Assembly: GCA_034435135.1 (NCBI GenBank)
Contig: DAOTXU010000333.1
Span: 1-29,511, forward strand
Source: Anaerolineae bacterium
GTDB lineage: Bacteria > Chloroflexota > Anaerolineae > Aggregatilineales > JAFGMM01
Length of the DNA stretch: 29,511 bases
Reading direction: 5' to 3'
Of the stretch, positions 16,965 to 25,550 are shown piece by piece. Both the position numbers and the translations under genes were made by a program. The first letter of the stretch is position 1, and every line of letters begins with the position of its first letter. The notes below the pieces were generated by a model that worked only from the letters and a program-made list of their open reading frames with translations, was not told where the DNA came from and did no database searches.

Positions 16965-16993
16965 ATATTAGCGTCAGGAGGCCGATTCAGCAA
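16965..16993 (-). promoter_or_regulatory. Candidate sigma-70-like promoter for the liv operon.
   Basis: On the minus strand: TTGCTG (16993-16988), a 17-nt spacer, then TAATAT (16970-16965). It lies inside a locally AT-rich ~200-bp intergenic leader (16913-17121). Confidence 0.4.
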
Positions 16994-17121
16994 TAGGCAA
17001 GTCTTATGAAAATATAACAATGAAAGCTGTTCAAACTGCACGAAGCGCTAGCTTGACCGCCGCGCAGCGCCATAACACCGCCCAGACAAGCGAAGGATCG
17101 CGGGAATGCGTGTTGATTGTC

Positions 17122-19140
17122 TCAGCGGTCGGGTTGCGGGCCTTCCCAGCCTAACCAGGCCTGCGCCAAGCTGAGCGCCGTTTGGAGCGGAAGTTCTCGC
17201 ACGCCTGGGTGATCGACCAGGCGATGCAATGTCTGATACACTTCGCGCGCGCCGTCTTCAGCGCCGAGCCTGTCTACTAACTCTCCCAGGGTGGGATTCT
17301 GGTCCAGCGCATCCGGGAAATGGGCTTGAACTTCGTGTACGAGCAAATCGAGGAATTCAAGGATGCCGCCGCTCCCTGATCCCTCAGCCGCGTTCCGAGC
17401 CGAACCCAGACGCTTAGCTAGACCTTCCAGGGCGTCACGCACGACATCGGGTAAAGCATCGTAAACGTGCTGAGCGGATTGCGCCGTCGCCACAAGTTGT
17501 AGGAGATGGCGCGCTGTCGTCGCGTCGCCATACAGGTTCATTTTCATGCCGCTGATGGCCTCGCCCAGCGCTTGCGCCCTGGCGATTTCAATCGCCTTCA
17601 ACATATCCACGTTGATGCGGGTCAGTTCCAGTTGGTGACCGAGCGCGTCGTGGCTGGCGAGCGCCTCCACACGCGCCTTCTCCCCCTCAGCCTCGGCGAT
17701 GAGCTTACGCCGGATGGCCTCGGCCTCCTGTTCCATCACTTTCGTGCGCTCCATCGCCACCTGCACCTCGGCCAGTCCAGCCGCGCTCTGGCGTTCGCGT
17801 TCGCCGATTGCCGCCTTCTTCGCGGCGTCAAGCTCCGCCTCAGCGCGGATGTGCGTGGCCTCGGCTTGCAGCGCCGCCACGCTTTGTTCCGCCTCGGCCA
17901 TCTCCTTCAGACGCATCGCCTCCAGTTCGACCGCATTCTTGCTGGCAATCGCTTGCTTCTCGGCTTCCAGTCGGGCGTTAATCAGTTCGAGTTCCGCCTC
18001 GCGCTCGGCAGCGCTCTTTTCTGTGAGGGTAAGCGCTTCTTGCAGGGCCTGCTCACGCAGTTTGTCGGCTTCGATCTGGCGGCGGATGGCCTCCAGCTTC
18101 ACGGCGGTTGCCTCGGCGACGCGCTTCTCGCGCTCCTGCTCGGCGAGCGCCACTTCCTGCGCGCGCACCGCCTGCTCAAGCTCGACCGCGCGCTGCGCTT
18201 GCTCACGCAACAACGAGGCCAGCCGCTCGTTTTCGATGTCGGCCTCCAGCAAGGCGCGGTCCGCCAGGAGACGTGCGCGCTCGGCTTCCTCGCGCTTCTG
18301 CTCCTGTACGACCTTCGCGGCTGCTTCTTCGGAGGCGCGCACCAGCGCGATGTTTTTGGCGCGCTCGGCGCGCTCCGTTTCGAGCGCCTCGTCAATCGCC
18401 ATACGCTCGCGCTCGGTTTCGCTGCCCTGGCGCGCCCGTTGCAGCGCGGCCTGGTTTTCGAGGCGGTTCTTCTCTGTGAGCGCCTTCTCGATGACTGCCG
18501 CGTTCGCCCGCGCGACCTGCGCGCCGAGGATGTCGTCGGTCGAAAACTGGCCCTGTAGCGTGGGCCGCAGCGTCAGGATGCTGATGTTGTCCAGGGCCAG
18601 GCCGTTTTGGGCGAGGTCTTCCCTAAGATGTTCCTGGACCTGGCGCACAAACTCGATGCGCTTTTCGAGCAGTTGCGTCAGGCTGAAAGTGGCAGCCACG
18701 TCCCGGACCGCGCCCTGGAGCTTCGGCTCGGCCAGGCGGCGCACCCCCGCCTCATCGACCATCTCGCCGCCGATGGTTTGCGCGGCGATAGAAATGCTCG
18801 CCGGGTCGCTCTTGACCTTCACGAAGAAGCGCGCTTCAATGTCCACATACTGCGGGTCATTCGTCACCGCCGCGTTACTCTCAACGTGGCGCACCTCCAC
18901 CGCCATCGTCGCCAGCGACACCCACTTGATGCGGTGCAGGAACCCGAACACCCACGCCGCGCCGTTCACCACCACCAACGGCTCGGCAGCGCCCGCGCGC
19001 CGCAGCCCGCCGGTGCGCACAAAGGCCATGTTCGCCGTGGTCTTGACGTAGGAGCGCGACAACAACTGGATCAACGCCCATCCGACGACGATCACGATGA
19101 GAATGATGATGATGAGCGTGGCGATCACATTGCCTAACAT
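17122..19140 (-). CDS. Flotillin-like SPFH/band-7 protein (YqiK/FloT-like): N-terminal TM anchor, SPFH domain, long Ala/Glu/Arg-rich coiled coil, and a C-terminal tail.
   Basis: 672 aa. A hydrophobic N-terminus (IATLIIIILIVIVVGWALI) is followed by the PHB/flotillin pattern and extended EA/ER-rich heptad repeats. AAAGGA RBS lies 9 nt upstream. Confidence 0.8.
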   Translation of the reverse strand: MLGNVIATLIIIILIVIVVGWALIQLLSRSYVKTTANMAFVRTGGLRRAGAAEPLVVVNGAAWVFGFLHRIKWVSLATMAVEVRHVESNAAVTNDPQYVDIEARFFVKVKSDPASISIAAQTIGGEMVDEAGVRRLAEPKLQGAVRDVAATFSLTQLLEKRIEFVRQVQEHLREDLAQNGLALDNISILTLRPTLQGQFSTDDILGAQVARANAAVIEKALTEKNRLENQAALQRARQGSETERERMAIDEALETERAERAKNIALVRASEEAAAKVVQEQKREEAERARLLADRALLEADIENERLASLLREQAQRAVELEQAVRAQEVALAEQEREKRVAEATAVKLEAIRRQIEADKLREQALQEALTLTEKSAAEREAELELINARLEAEKQAIASKNAVELEAMRLKEMAEAEQSVAALQAEATHIRAEAELDAAKKAAIGERERQSAAGLAEVQVAMERTKVMEQEAEAIRRKLIAEAEGEKARVEALASHDALGHQLELTRINVDMLKAIEIARAQALGEAISGMKMNLYGDATTARHLLQLVATAQSAQHVYDALPDVVRDALEGLAKRLGSARNAAEGSGSGGILEFLDLLVHEVQAHFPDALDQNPTLGELVDRLGAEDGAREVYQTLHRLVDHPGVRELPLQTALSLAQAWLGWEGPQPDR

Positions 19141-19177
19141 GATCGGTCATCCTTTCTATGGTTCCCTCATCCGTAGG

Positions 19178-19195
19178 GGCGCAGCGTGCTGCGCC
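19178..19195 (-). other. Short GC-rich hairpin (ggcgcagc-gt-gctgcgcc) between the hyuB stop and the flotillin start.
   Basis: 8-bp inverted repeat. The flanking 14-mer cgtaggggcRcagc also occurs at the 27486 hairpin. There is no U-tract. Confidence 0.3.
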
Positions 19196-19215
19196 GCCAG
19201 GGGACGCGCGCTGGG

Positions 19216-21264
19216 TTACCGCTGATCCCGTATGGACCGCCGCAACTCCGCAAGTTCGTCCGCAAGCCCGCGCACGATTGACCGCAGTTCCTCCACTTCG
19301 CCGGCGCCGGAGCCGCCGCGCGCTGGCTCACCGCGCATGGCGCGCTCGCCTCCCGCCAGGAATTGATCGACCCAGCGCTCGACCTCGGCGCGGTCCACCT
19401 TCAGCCGGAGCGCCACCGCTGAGGCTGTCGTGTCGCCGCGCAGGATGCTTAGCACGGCGTCGAGTTTCTCGTCAGCGCGCAGGCCGTCGCCGCGCGCTGG
19501 CGCAGGTTGCGTGGCGCGACTGTGGCGCACATTCCGAACCGCGCCCGTGCTCGGATCGACGATGACGCCGTAGTCCTTCTCCGCCATCTCCGGGGTGATG
19601 TAGCCGTCGCGCACATCGCGCATGACCTCCTCTTCGGGCCGCTGGAAGGGGTCGCCATAGCCGCCGCCTGTCCCGGTCACCATGCGCGCCACCTCGCCCC
19701 GGCGGAGCCGGTATTGCGCGCATTTGCCGTAAATCTTGGACGTGCCGTCGGCGTGGATCAGCTCCATGTAGTTCGGCGAGCCATCTTTCCCGCCCTTGCC
19801 CCCCCAGGGGAAGAACTTAAAGCGCCCAAACGTCCCGGTGACGAAGGCTTCTTCGGCGGTGATGCGGTAGTCGCGGATCAGGCCGCGCCCGCCGCGATAG
19901 CGCCCCGCGCCGCCATCGCAGATGTTGAGCGCGTACTGGTCCACCAGCACGCCGTAGCGCGTCTCGCACACCTCAACCGGGATCACATAGGTCTCCCCGT
20001 CGCCGATGCAGACCAGCGCGTTTTCGCCGTCTTTGTCCGCGCCTGCGCCCCAGCCGCCGGCCTGCGGCTCGACCAGGATGAACAGCTCGCCCGTGTCCGG
20101 GTGGGTGCCGGAGACAATCGTGCCGCACACGCTCAGGAAGTGGCCCATCGTCAACCGATCCGGCGCGACCGGCGCGAGCGCTTTCCATACCAGGTCCGCC
20201 ATGAAGTCCATCGTCTCCCAGTAAGTCGAGACCGGGGCCGGGCGCACGGCGGTGGCGACCGTGCCGGGCGGGCAGATGATCTCCAGTGGCCGGAAACACC
20301 CCTCGTTCGCGGGAATGTTCGGGTCGGTCAGGGCCTTGAACACCACGCGCACGGCGGACTCGACCCCGGTGCGCCCGGCGTTGATCGGGCCGGCCACCTG
20401 CGGGGCGCAACCCGTGAAGTCGCAGATGAACTTGTCGTCGCTGATCGTCACCTTGACGCGCATCGGCAGCGGCTCGTCGCTCACGCCGTCGTCGTCGATG
20501 TAGTCAACCGCCTCATAGACGCCTTTCGGGATACGCGCCAACCCCTGCCGGACCATGGTCTCGCCGTAATCGAGCAGCGCCTCCACACTGAGCAACACCG
20601 TGTCAATGCCGTAGCGGTCGCACAACTCGGTGAAGCGCCGCTCGGCAATGCGCAGCGACGCCACCTGCGCGTTCATATCGCCGATGCTCATATCCGGCGT
20701 GCGCACGTTGACGCGGATCAGGTCCTCCAGGCCGGGGACCATCTGCCCCTTTACGTAGAGCTTGATATTGGGGAATTGCAGCCCTTCCTGCCAGATGTCG
20801 GTCGAGTTCGTCGTCCAGCTACCGACGGCCATCCCGCCGACCTCGGTCCAGTGCGCCTTGTTGGCGGCGAAAGCCACCAGCCGGTTATGGTAGAAGATCG
20901 GCATGACCAGCGTCACGTCGGAGAGGTGCGTGCCGCCGCCGATGTACGGGTCGTTGGTGATGATGATGTCGCCGGGCGCGATGTCGTCGCCGAACTTCTC
21001 CACCACGCCGCGCGCGGCGAAGGTGAGCGTCCCCAGGAAGCCGGCCACGCCGTTGCCCTGGGTGATGAGGTTGCCCTGCGGATCGAGCAGCCCGCAGGCG
21101 TAGTCCAGCACCTCGTAGATGATGGTGCTCATGCTCGTGCGCTGCATGGCGATGAACATCTCGTCGCCGATGGCGACCAGCGACTCTTTGATGATTTCCA
21201 GCGTGAAGGGGTCGATTTGTTCAGCCGTCTGCGTTGCCGTCTTCGTTCTGGTGCTGAAAACCAT
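19216..21264 (-). CDS. hyuB: Hydantoinase B / 5-oxoprolinase B-subunit family protein (HyuB-like) with an extra ~125-aa C-terminal extension.
   Basis: Residues 1 to ~555 match Hydantoinase_B (IYEVLDYACGL..., ...GTGGGYGDPFQRPEEEVMRDVRDGYITPEMAEKDYGVIV). Residues ~556-682 (...LDAVLSILRGDTTASAVALRLKVDRAEVERWVDQFLAGGERAMR...EVEELRSIVRGLADELAELRRSIR) look like an HTH followed by a leucine-zipper coiled coil. Confidence 0.8.
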   Translation of the reverse strand: MVFSTRTKTATQTAEQIDPFTLEIIKESLVAIGDEMFIAMQRTSMSTIIYEVLDYACGLLDPQGNLITQGNGVAGFLGTLTFAARGVVEKFGDDIAPGDIIITNDPYIGGGTHLSDVTLVMPIFYHNRLVAFAANKAHWTEVGGMAVGSWTTNSTDIWQEGLQFPNIKLYVKGQMVPGLEDLIRVNVRTPDMSIGDMNAQVASLRIAERRFTELCDRYGIDTVLLSVEALLDYGETMVRQGLARIPKGVYEAVDYIDDDGVSDEPLPMRVKVTISDDKFICDFTGCAPQVAGPINAGRTGVESAVRVVFKALTDPNIPANEGCFRPLEIICPPGTVATAVRPAPVSTYWETMDFMADLVWKALAPVAPDRLTMGHFLSVCGTIVSGTHPDTGELFILVEPQAGGWGAGADKDGENALVCIGDGETYVIPVEVCETRYGVLVDQYALNICDGGAGRYRGGRGLIRDYRITAEEAFVTGTFGRFKFFPWGGKGGKDGSPNYMELIHADGTSKIYGKCAQYRLRRGEVARMVTGTGGGYGDPFQRPEEEVMRDVRDGYITPEMAEKDYGVIVDPSTGAVRNVRHSRATQPAPARGDGLRADEKLDAVLSILRGDTTASAVALRLKVDRAEVERWVDQFLAGGERAMRGEPARGGSGAGEVEELRSIVRGLADELAELRRSIRDQR

Positions 21265-21317
21265 GCTTCACCTTCCTCAATCCTGAGCACCCATCCGACA
21301 AACCGCGCCTGCGGCTT

Positions 21318-21345
21318 CGGACAGGGGGCCTAAGCCCTCTGTCCG
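21318..21345 (-). terminator. Palindromic hairpin (cggacagggggc-ctaa-gccctctgtccg) in the hyuA-hyuB intergenic region. Candidate intercistronic stem-loop or terminator, and the complete member of the second small repeat motif.
   Basis: 12-bp stem with one mismatch and a 4-nt loop. The same half-arm occurs at 4691-4712. Confidence 0.4.
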
Positions 21346-21370
21346 GGACTTTTCGGATAGGCTCTAAATC

Positions 21371-23476
21371 CTAACGTCCCGACGACAGCCGCCCGAATCC
21401 GAGCCGCGCCTTCGGTTGCGCCATCTCGATGTGGATAAACCCGTACCTGTCGCGGCAGAACTGCTGGTCCGGATAGATCACCGTCGAGGACGCCGGCTCT
21501 TCGATGACGGCGGGGCCGTCGAACGTTTTGTTGACCGGCAGAAAGTCGCGCTCATAGATAATTGTATTGACCGCGCCGAAACCGTCAAAGATGACCGCCC
21601 GCATCCCCTTCTTGGCGCGCGACAGGTTGGCGTCGCGCCCGTTGACCGGGCTGACCTGCGCCTTCGTGACCAGCCCAATCGCCGTCAGGTGGAAGTTCAC
21701 CCATTCAATCGGCGAGTCAAGCCGGAATGTGTAGGCATGTTCGTGCAGGTCGTGGAAGGCGTTGTCGATATGGCGCACGGTCTCCGGGGTGAGGTGACCG
21801 CCCGGCACCGGCACCTTGACGGTGTGCTCCTGCCCCAGATAGCGCATGTCGGCGTAGCGCTGAATCTGGATGTCCGCGTCGGGGACATTCTCATCGGCAA
21901 GCTGGCGGCGCGCCTGTTGCTCCATGTCGTCGTATAGCGCGTTGATCCGCGTCAGGTCGGCCTGGTCGGTGCGCCCGATGAGCGTGCGGATGTAATCTAC
22001 GCGCAGGTCGGTCATCAACATGCCGAACGCCGAGAACACGCCCGGATTGGTCGGGACCACGACCTTCTTACAGCGCAGCTCGCGCATCATCGCCGCCGCG
22101 TGCATCGGCCCCCCGCCGCCGAACGCGACGAGCACGAAGTCGCGCGGGTCGTAGCCGCGCCGCACCGAGATCAGCTTGATGGCGTTGATCTTGCCAAAAT
22201 CGGAGAGGCGGATCACGCCGAGCGCCGCCTCTTCGATGCTCATGTTGAAGTGCCGCGCGATGGGTTCCATCGCTTCGGCGGCCTTCTTCACGTTGACTTT
22301 AAGCTCGCCGCCGAGGATGTAATCCGGGTTCAGGCGGCCCACGAGCAGGTTCGCGTCGGTGACGGTCGGGTGCGCGCCGCCCAGGTCGTAGCAGGCCGGC
22401 CCCGGCACCGCGCCGGCGCTGTCCGGGCCGACGCGCAAGGCGCCCGCCCGGTCGATCCAGGCGATTGACCCGCCGCCGGAGCCGATTTCCACAATGTCAA
22501 TGGTTGGCGCCAGGATCGGGTAACCGGCGAACTCGCGCGTATACTCGATCTTGTACTCGGTCGTGATCTTCGGCTTGCCGCTCTCGACCAGCGAGGTCTT
22601 CGCAGTGGTGCCGCCCACATCAAACGAGATCACATTCGGCTCGCCGATGAGCTTGCCGATCTCCGCTGCGCCGATCACGCCGGCCACCGGTCCCGATTCG
22701 ACCAGGTTAATCGGCGTGTGTCGCCCCACCGCAAACGTCGCGCTGCCGCCGTTGGACTGCATCACGTGCAGCACGTCGCCCATGCGCTTGCGCGCGGTCA
22801 GGCTCTTCTCCAGGTTGTCCAGATAACGGCGCGCGATAGGTAGCACGTAGCTGTTGAGCGCCGCCGTGCTGGTTCGCTCGTACTCGCGCCATTCCTGGGT
22901 CACCTCGTGTGAGAGCGTATAGGGGATGTCCGGCGCGACCTCTTTGATGATGCGCCCGGCCTCGCTCTCGTGCGCCGGGTTGGCATACGCATGGAGGAAA
23001 CACACCGCGATGCTCTCCACGCCTTCGCGCACCAGTTGCCGGACCGCCTCGCGCACCTCTTCCTTATTCAGCGCGGTCAATACCTCGCCCTTATAGTTCA
23101 CGCGCTCGGTCACCTCAAGGCGCAGGTGGCGGGGGACGAAGGGCCTGGGCTTGTTGTAGTACAGGTTATACATGTCGGGCCGGTTGGCGCGCCCGATCTC
23201 CAGCACATCTCGAAAGCCTTTCGTAGTGATGAGGCCGGTCTTCACCCCCGCGCGCTCGGTGAGCGCGTTGATGATGACCGTCGTCCCGTGGACGAAGAAC
23301 GCGGTGTGCGAAGTCTCCAGCCCTTCGGCCCGGTCGAGCGTGTCGAGCACGCCCTCGGCGAAGTCGTGCGGGGTGGTTGAGGCTTTGGTGGCCCTTACCT
23401 CGCCGGTGCGCTCGTCCAGGTACACCAGGTCGGTGAAGGTGCCGCCGATGTCGCTTGCGATGCGGTATCCTGTCAT
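21371..23476 (-). CDS. hyuA: Hydantoinase A / 5-oxoprolinase A-subunit family protein (HyuA-like).
   Basis: N-terminus MTGYRIASDIGGTFTDLVYLDE is the typical HyuA start, and the Hydantoinase_A pattern continues through the ~700 aa. ATG at 23476 with a strong GGAGAAGGA SD 6 nt upstream. There is no stop codon between it and the upstream ATPase ORF, with which it is in frame. Confidence 0.85.
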   Translation of the reverse strand: MTGYRIASDIGGTFTDLVYLDERTGEVRATKASTTPHDFAEGVLDTLDRAEGLETSHTAFFVHGTTVIINALTERAGVKTGLITTKGFRDVLEIGRANRPDMYNLYYNKPRPFVPRHLRLEVTERVNYKGEVLTALNKEEVREAVRQLVREGVESIAVCFLHAYANPAHESEAGRIIKEVAPDIPYTLSHEVTQEWREYERTSTAALNSYVLPIARRYLDNLEKSLTARKRMGDVLHVMQSNGGSATFAVGRHTPINLVESGPVAGVIGAAEIGKLIGEPNVISFDVGGTTAKTSLVESGKPKITTEYKIEYTREFAGYPILAPTIDIVEIGSGGGSIAWIDRAGALRVGPDSAGAVPGPACYDLGGAHPTVTDANLLVGRLNPDYILGGELKVNVKKAAEAMEPIARHFNMSIEEAALGVIRLSDFGKINAIKLISVRRGYDPRDFVLVAFGGGGPMHAAAMMRELRCKKVVVPTNPGVFSAFGMLMTDLRVDYIRTLIGRTDQADLTRINALYDDMEQQARRQLADENVPDADIQIQRYADMRYLGQEHTVKVPVPGGHLTPETVRHIDNAFHDLHEHAYTFRLDSPIEWVNFHLTAIGLVTKAQVSPVNGRDANLSRAKKGMRAVIFDGFGAVNTIIYERDFLPVNKTFDGPAVIEEPASSTVIYPDQQFCRDRYGFIHIEMAQPKARLGFGRLSSGR

Positions 23477-24517
23477 CAGTTTCCTTCTCCGTGAGAGTCG
23501 TTGCTTAACCGGCGCGCCCGAAGCCGTCACAATACCCAGCGGCAGCCCTTGAAGCGCCAGGTGGCAGGCGGCGCGGTGCCCGGTCCAGACTTGGTCCAGC
23601 GGCGGCTCCGTCACGTCGCAGAGTTCGATTTTGGCCGCCGGGCACCGGGGACTGAAGCGGCAGCCCTTGCCGATAGCCTGCTGGCTGACCTCACCCTCCA
23701 GGATGATCTCCTCACCTACCTGATGCACGTCAGGCGTGGGCGCGGCGGAGAGCAGCGAGACCGTATAGGGGTGCTGCGGCTCCTCGAATAGCTCCTCTGT
23801 CGGGGCCATTTCGACGATGCGGCCCAGGTACATGATGGCGATCCGGCCACAGAAGTAGCGCAGCACGCTCAGATCATGCGAGATGAACAGGTAGCTCAGG
23901 TGCAGCTCATCGCGCAGCTTGAGCAACAGGTTCAGAATCGTCGCCTGCACCGAGACATCCAGCTCCGAGGTCGGTTCGTCAAGGACGAGCAGGCGCGGGT
24001 TGAGCGCCAGCACGCGCGCGATGCCGATGCGCTGCCGTTGCCCGCCGGAGAACTCATGTGGGTAGCGGTCGAGATGCTCCTCGCTCAGCCCCACCAGCCT
24101 GACCAGTTCCCGCACCCGCTGCATCCGAAACGCCGGGTCGCCGATGTCGTGCACCTCCAGCGGCTCCAGGATGAAGTCGCGCACCGTCATGCGCGGGTTG
24201 AGGGCCGAATACGGGTCCTGGAAGACGATCTGCATCCGCTCGCGGATGTGGTTCATCTCCTGCTTGTCCAGCGAGGCCAGATCGCGGCCCTCAAAAATCA
24301 CCTGACCTTCGGTGGGTTCGATAAGGCGCAAGATGGCGCGCGCCACCGTCGTCTTGCCCGACCCCGATTCGCCGGCGAGTCCGACGACCTCGCCGGGCAT
24401 AATGGTCAGGTCCACACCGTCAACCGCCTTGATATACCCGGTCACGCGGTTGAGCGGGCCGCCGCGCACGGGGAAGTATTTCTTCAGGCCGCGCACTTCC
24501 AGCAGCGGTTGCGTCAT
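23477..24517 (-). CDS. Oligopeptide/dipeptide ABC transporter ATP-binding protein (OppF/DppF-like), lacking its own stop codon. The frame reads straight through into hyuA.
   Basis: [15 protein letters not shown]..., Walker A GESGSGKTT, LSGGQRQRIGIARVL, LLVLDEPTS, and the C-terminal oligopeptide-ABC Cys/His tail (CRFSPRCP...ACHL). The ATG at 24517 overlaps the upstream ATPase stop (ATGA). The track ORF 21371..24640 is a continuous 1089-aa ORF. Confidence 0.7.
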
Positions 24518-25548
24518 GGTCGCAGCTCGTCGGTGTACAGGTAACACGCCACGCGGTGATCGGGGCCGACTTTGGCGTTGGCGGGCGGGTGCAGGTGACA
24601 GTGCTTGAGCCGCTTCGGGCAGCGGGGGTGAAACCGGCACCCCGTCGGCGGCCTGAGGAAGCTCGGCGGCGCGCCGGGGATACCCTCAAGCCGCCCCTGC
24701 TCGATCTCGCGCGTCGGGATCGCCTTGAGCAAGCCCTGGGTGTACGGGTGCTTGGGGTTCTGGAAAATCGCCTCTACCGGCCCCTCTTCCACCACGACGC
24801 CGCCGTACATCACCGCGACCCGCGTGCAAATCTTGGCAATCACACCCATGTCGTGTGTGATGAGCAGCACCGAGACGCGCCGCTCCTCAACGATGCGCTG
24901 AATCAGGCGCAGAATTTGCGCCTGGATGGCCACATCGAGCGCGGTGGTGGGTTCGTCGGCGATGAGCAGGTCAGGGTCGCCGGCCAGCGCCATCGCAATG
25001 AGCAGGCGCTGCTTCTGCCCGCCCGAAAACTGGTGCGGATAATCCCTGAGCCGCTGCGCGGCGTCGGGGATGCCAACCCAGTCCAGCAATTGAAGCGCCT
25101 TCTCGCGGGCTTCACGTCGCAGGCTGCGGTTAAACTGCCGACCGACCGGCAGCAGCTTCCACGCAGGCACGTCGTGGGCCTGAGCCAGTACGGCGTCGAT
25201 CAGCAGTTCACTGATTCTGAAGACCGGGTTGAGGTTGGTCGTCGGGTTCTGGAACACCATCCCCAAGCGCTTGGCGCGGAATCGTTGCAGATCGCGCCCG
25301 TCCTTCTGCAAGACGTTCTCGCCGCCGAACCAGATTTCGCCGGTCAGCTCGCCGCCGGGGACCAGGCGGGCAATGCTCAGCGCGGTCATGGTCTTGCCGC
25401 AGCCCGTCTCGCCGACGATACCCAGGACGTCGCCCCGGAACAGGGTGAGATTCACGCCGTCCAGCACGTGCGACATCCCATCAAACGAGGTGAAGCGCAG
25501 GTGCAGGTCCTTGATCTGGACCAGCGACTCCCGTCCGTCCGCGCCCAA
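24514..25548 (-). CDS. Oligopeptide/dipeptide ABC transporter ATP-binding protein (OppD/DppD-like).
   Basis: 344 aa. Walker [33 protein letters not shown], and the C-terminal CRFHPRCP...VACYLY tail. Confidence 0.85.
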   Translation of the reverse strand: MGADGRESLVQIKDLHLRFTSFDGMSHVLDGVNLTLFRGDVLGIVGETGCGKTMTALSIARLVPGGELTGEIWFGGENVLQKDGRDLQRFRAKRLGMVFQNPTTNLNPVFRISELLIDAVLAQAHDVPAWKLLPVGRQFNRSLRREAREKALQLLDWVGIPDAAQRLRDYPHQFSGGQKQRLLIAMALAGDPDLLIADEPTTALDVAIQAQILRLIQRIVEERRVSVLLITHDMGVIAKICTRVAVMYGGVVVEEGPVEAIFQNPKHPYTQGLLKAIPTREIEQGRLEGIPGAPPSFLRPPTGCRFHPRCPKRLKHCHLHPPANAKVGPDHRVACYLYTDELRP

Positions 25549-25550
25549 GT

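Noticed and set aside
16913-17041. Track start of livG at 17041 (a GTG start, adding 43 N-terminal residues)
   Set aside because: The extension lies in the AT-rich leader with non-genomic codon usage and precedes the canonical LivG N-terminus. I chose the ATG at 16912.
17699-19051. 450-aa Ala/Ser/Arg-rich ORF on the + strand (and 17506..18558, 350 aa)
   Set aside because: It is antisense to the flotillin coiled-coil gene. Its low-complexity composition mirrors GC-rich EA/ER-repeat codons. There is no start or RBS context. It is a compositional artefact.
19507-21333. 608-aa + strand ORF
   Set aside because: It is entirely antisense to the well-supported hyuB gene. The protein is Arg/Ala/His-rich with no domain-like pattern. 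It is a typical high-GC shadow ORF.
24510-24605. Apparent 1-nt disagreement between my manual translation of the displayed sequence and the ORF-track frames around the OppD/OppF junction
   Set aside because: It is most likely my own indexing slip while hand-translating. The track frames for the OppD, OppF and hyuA ORFs are mutually consistent, so I used the track coordinates.
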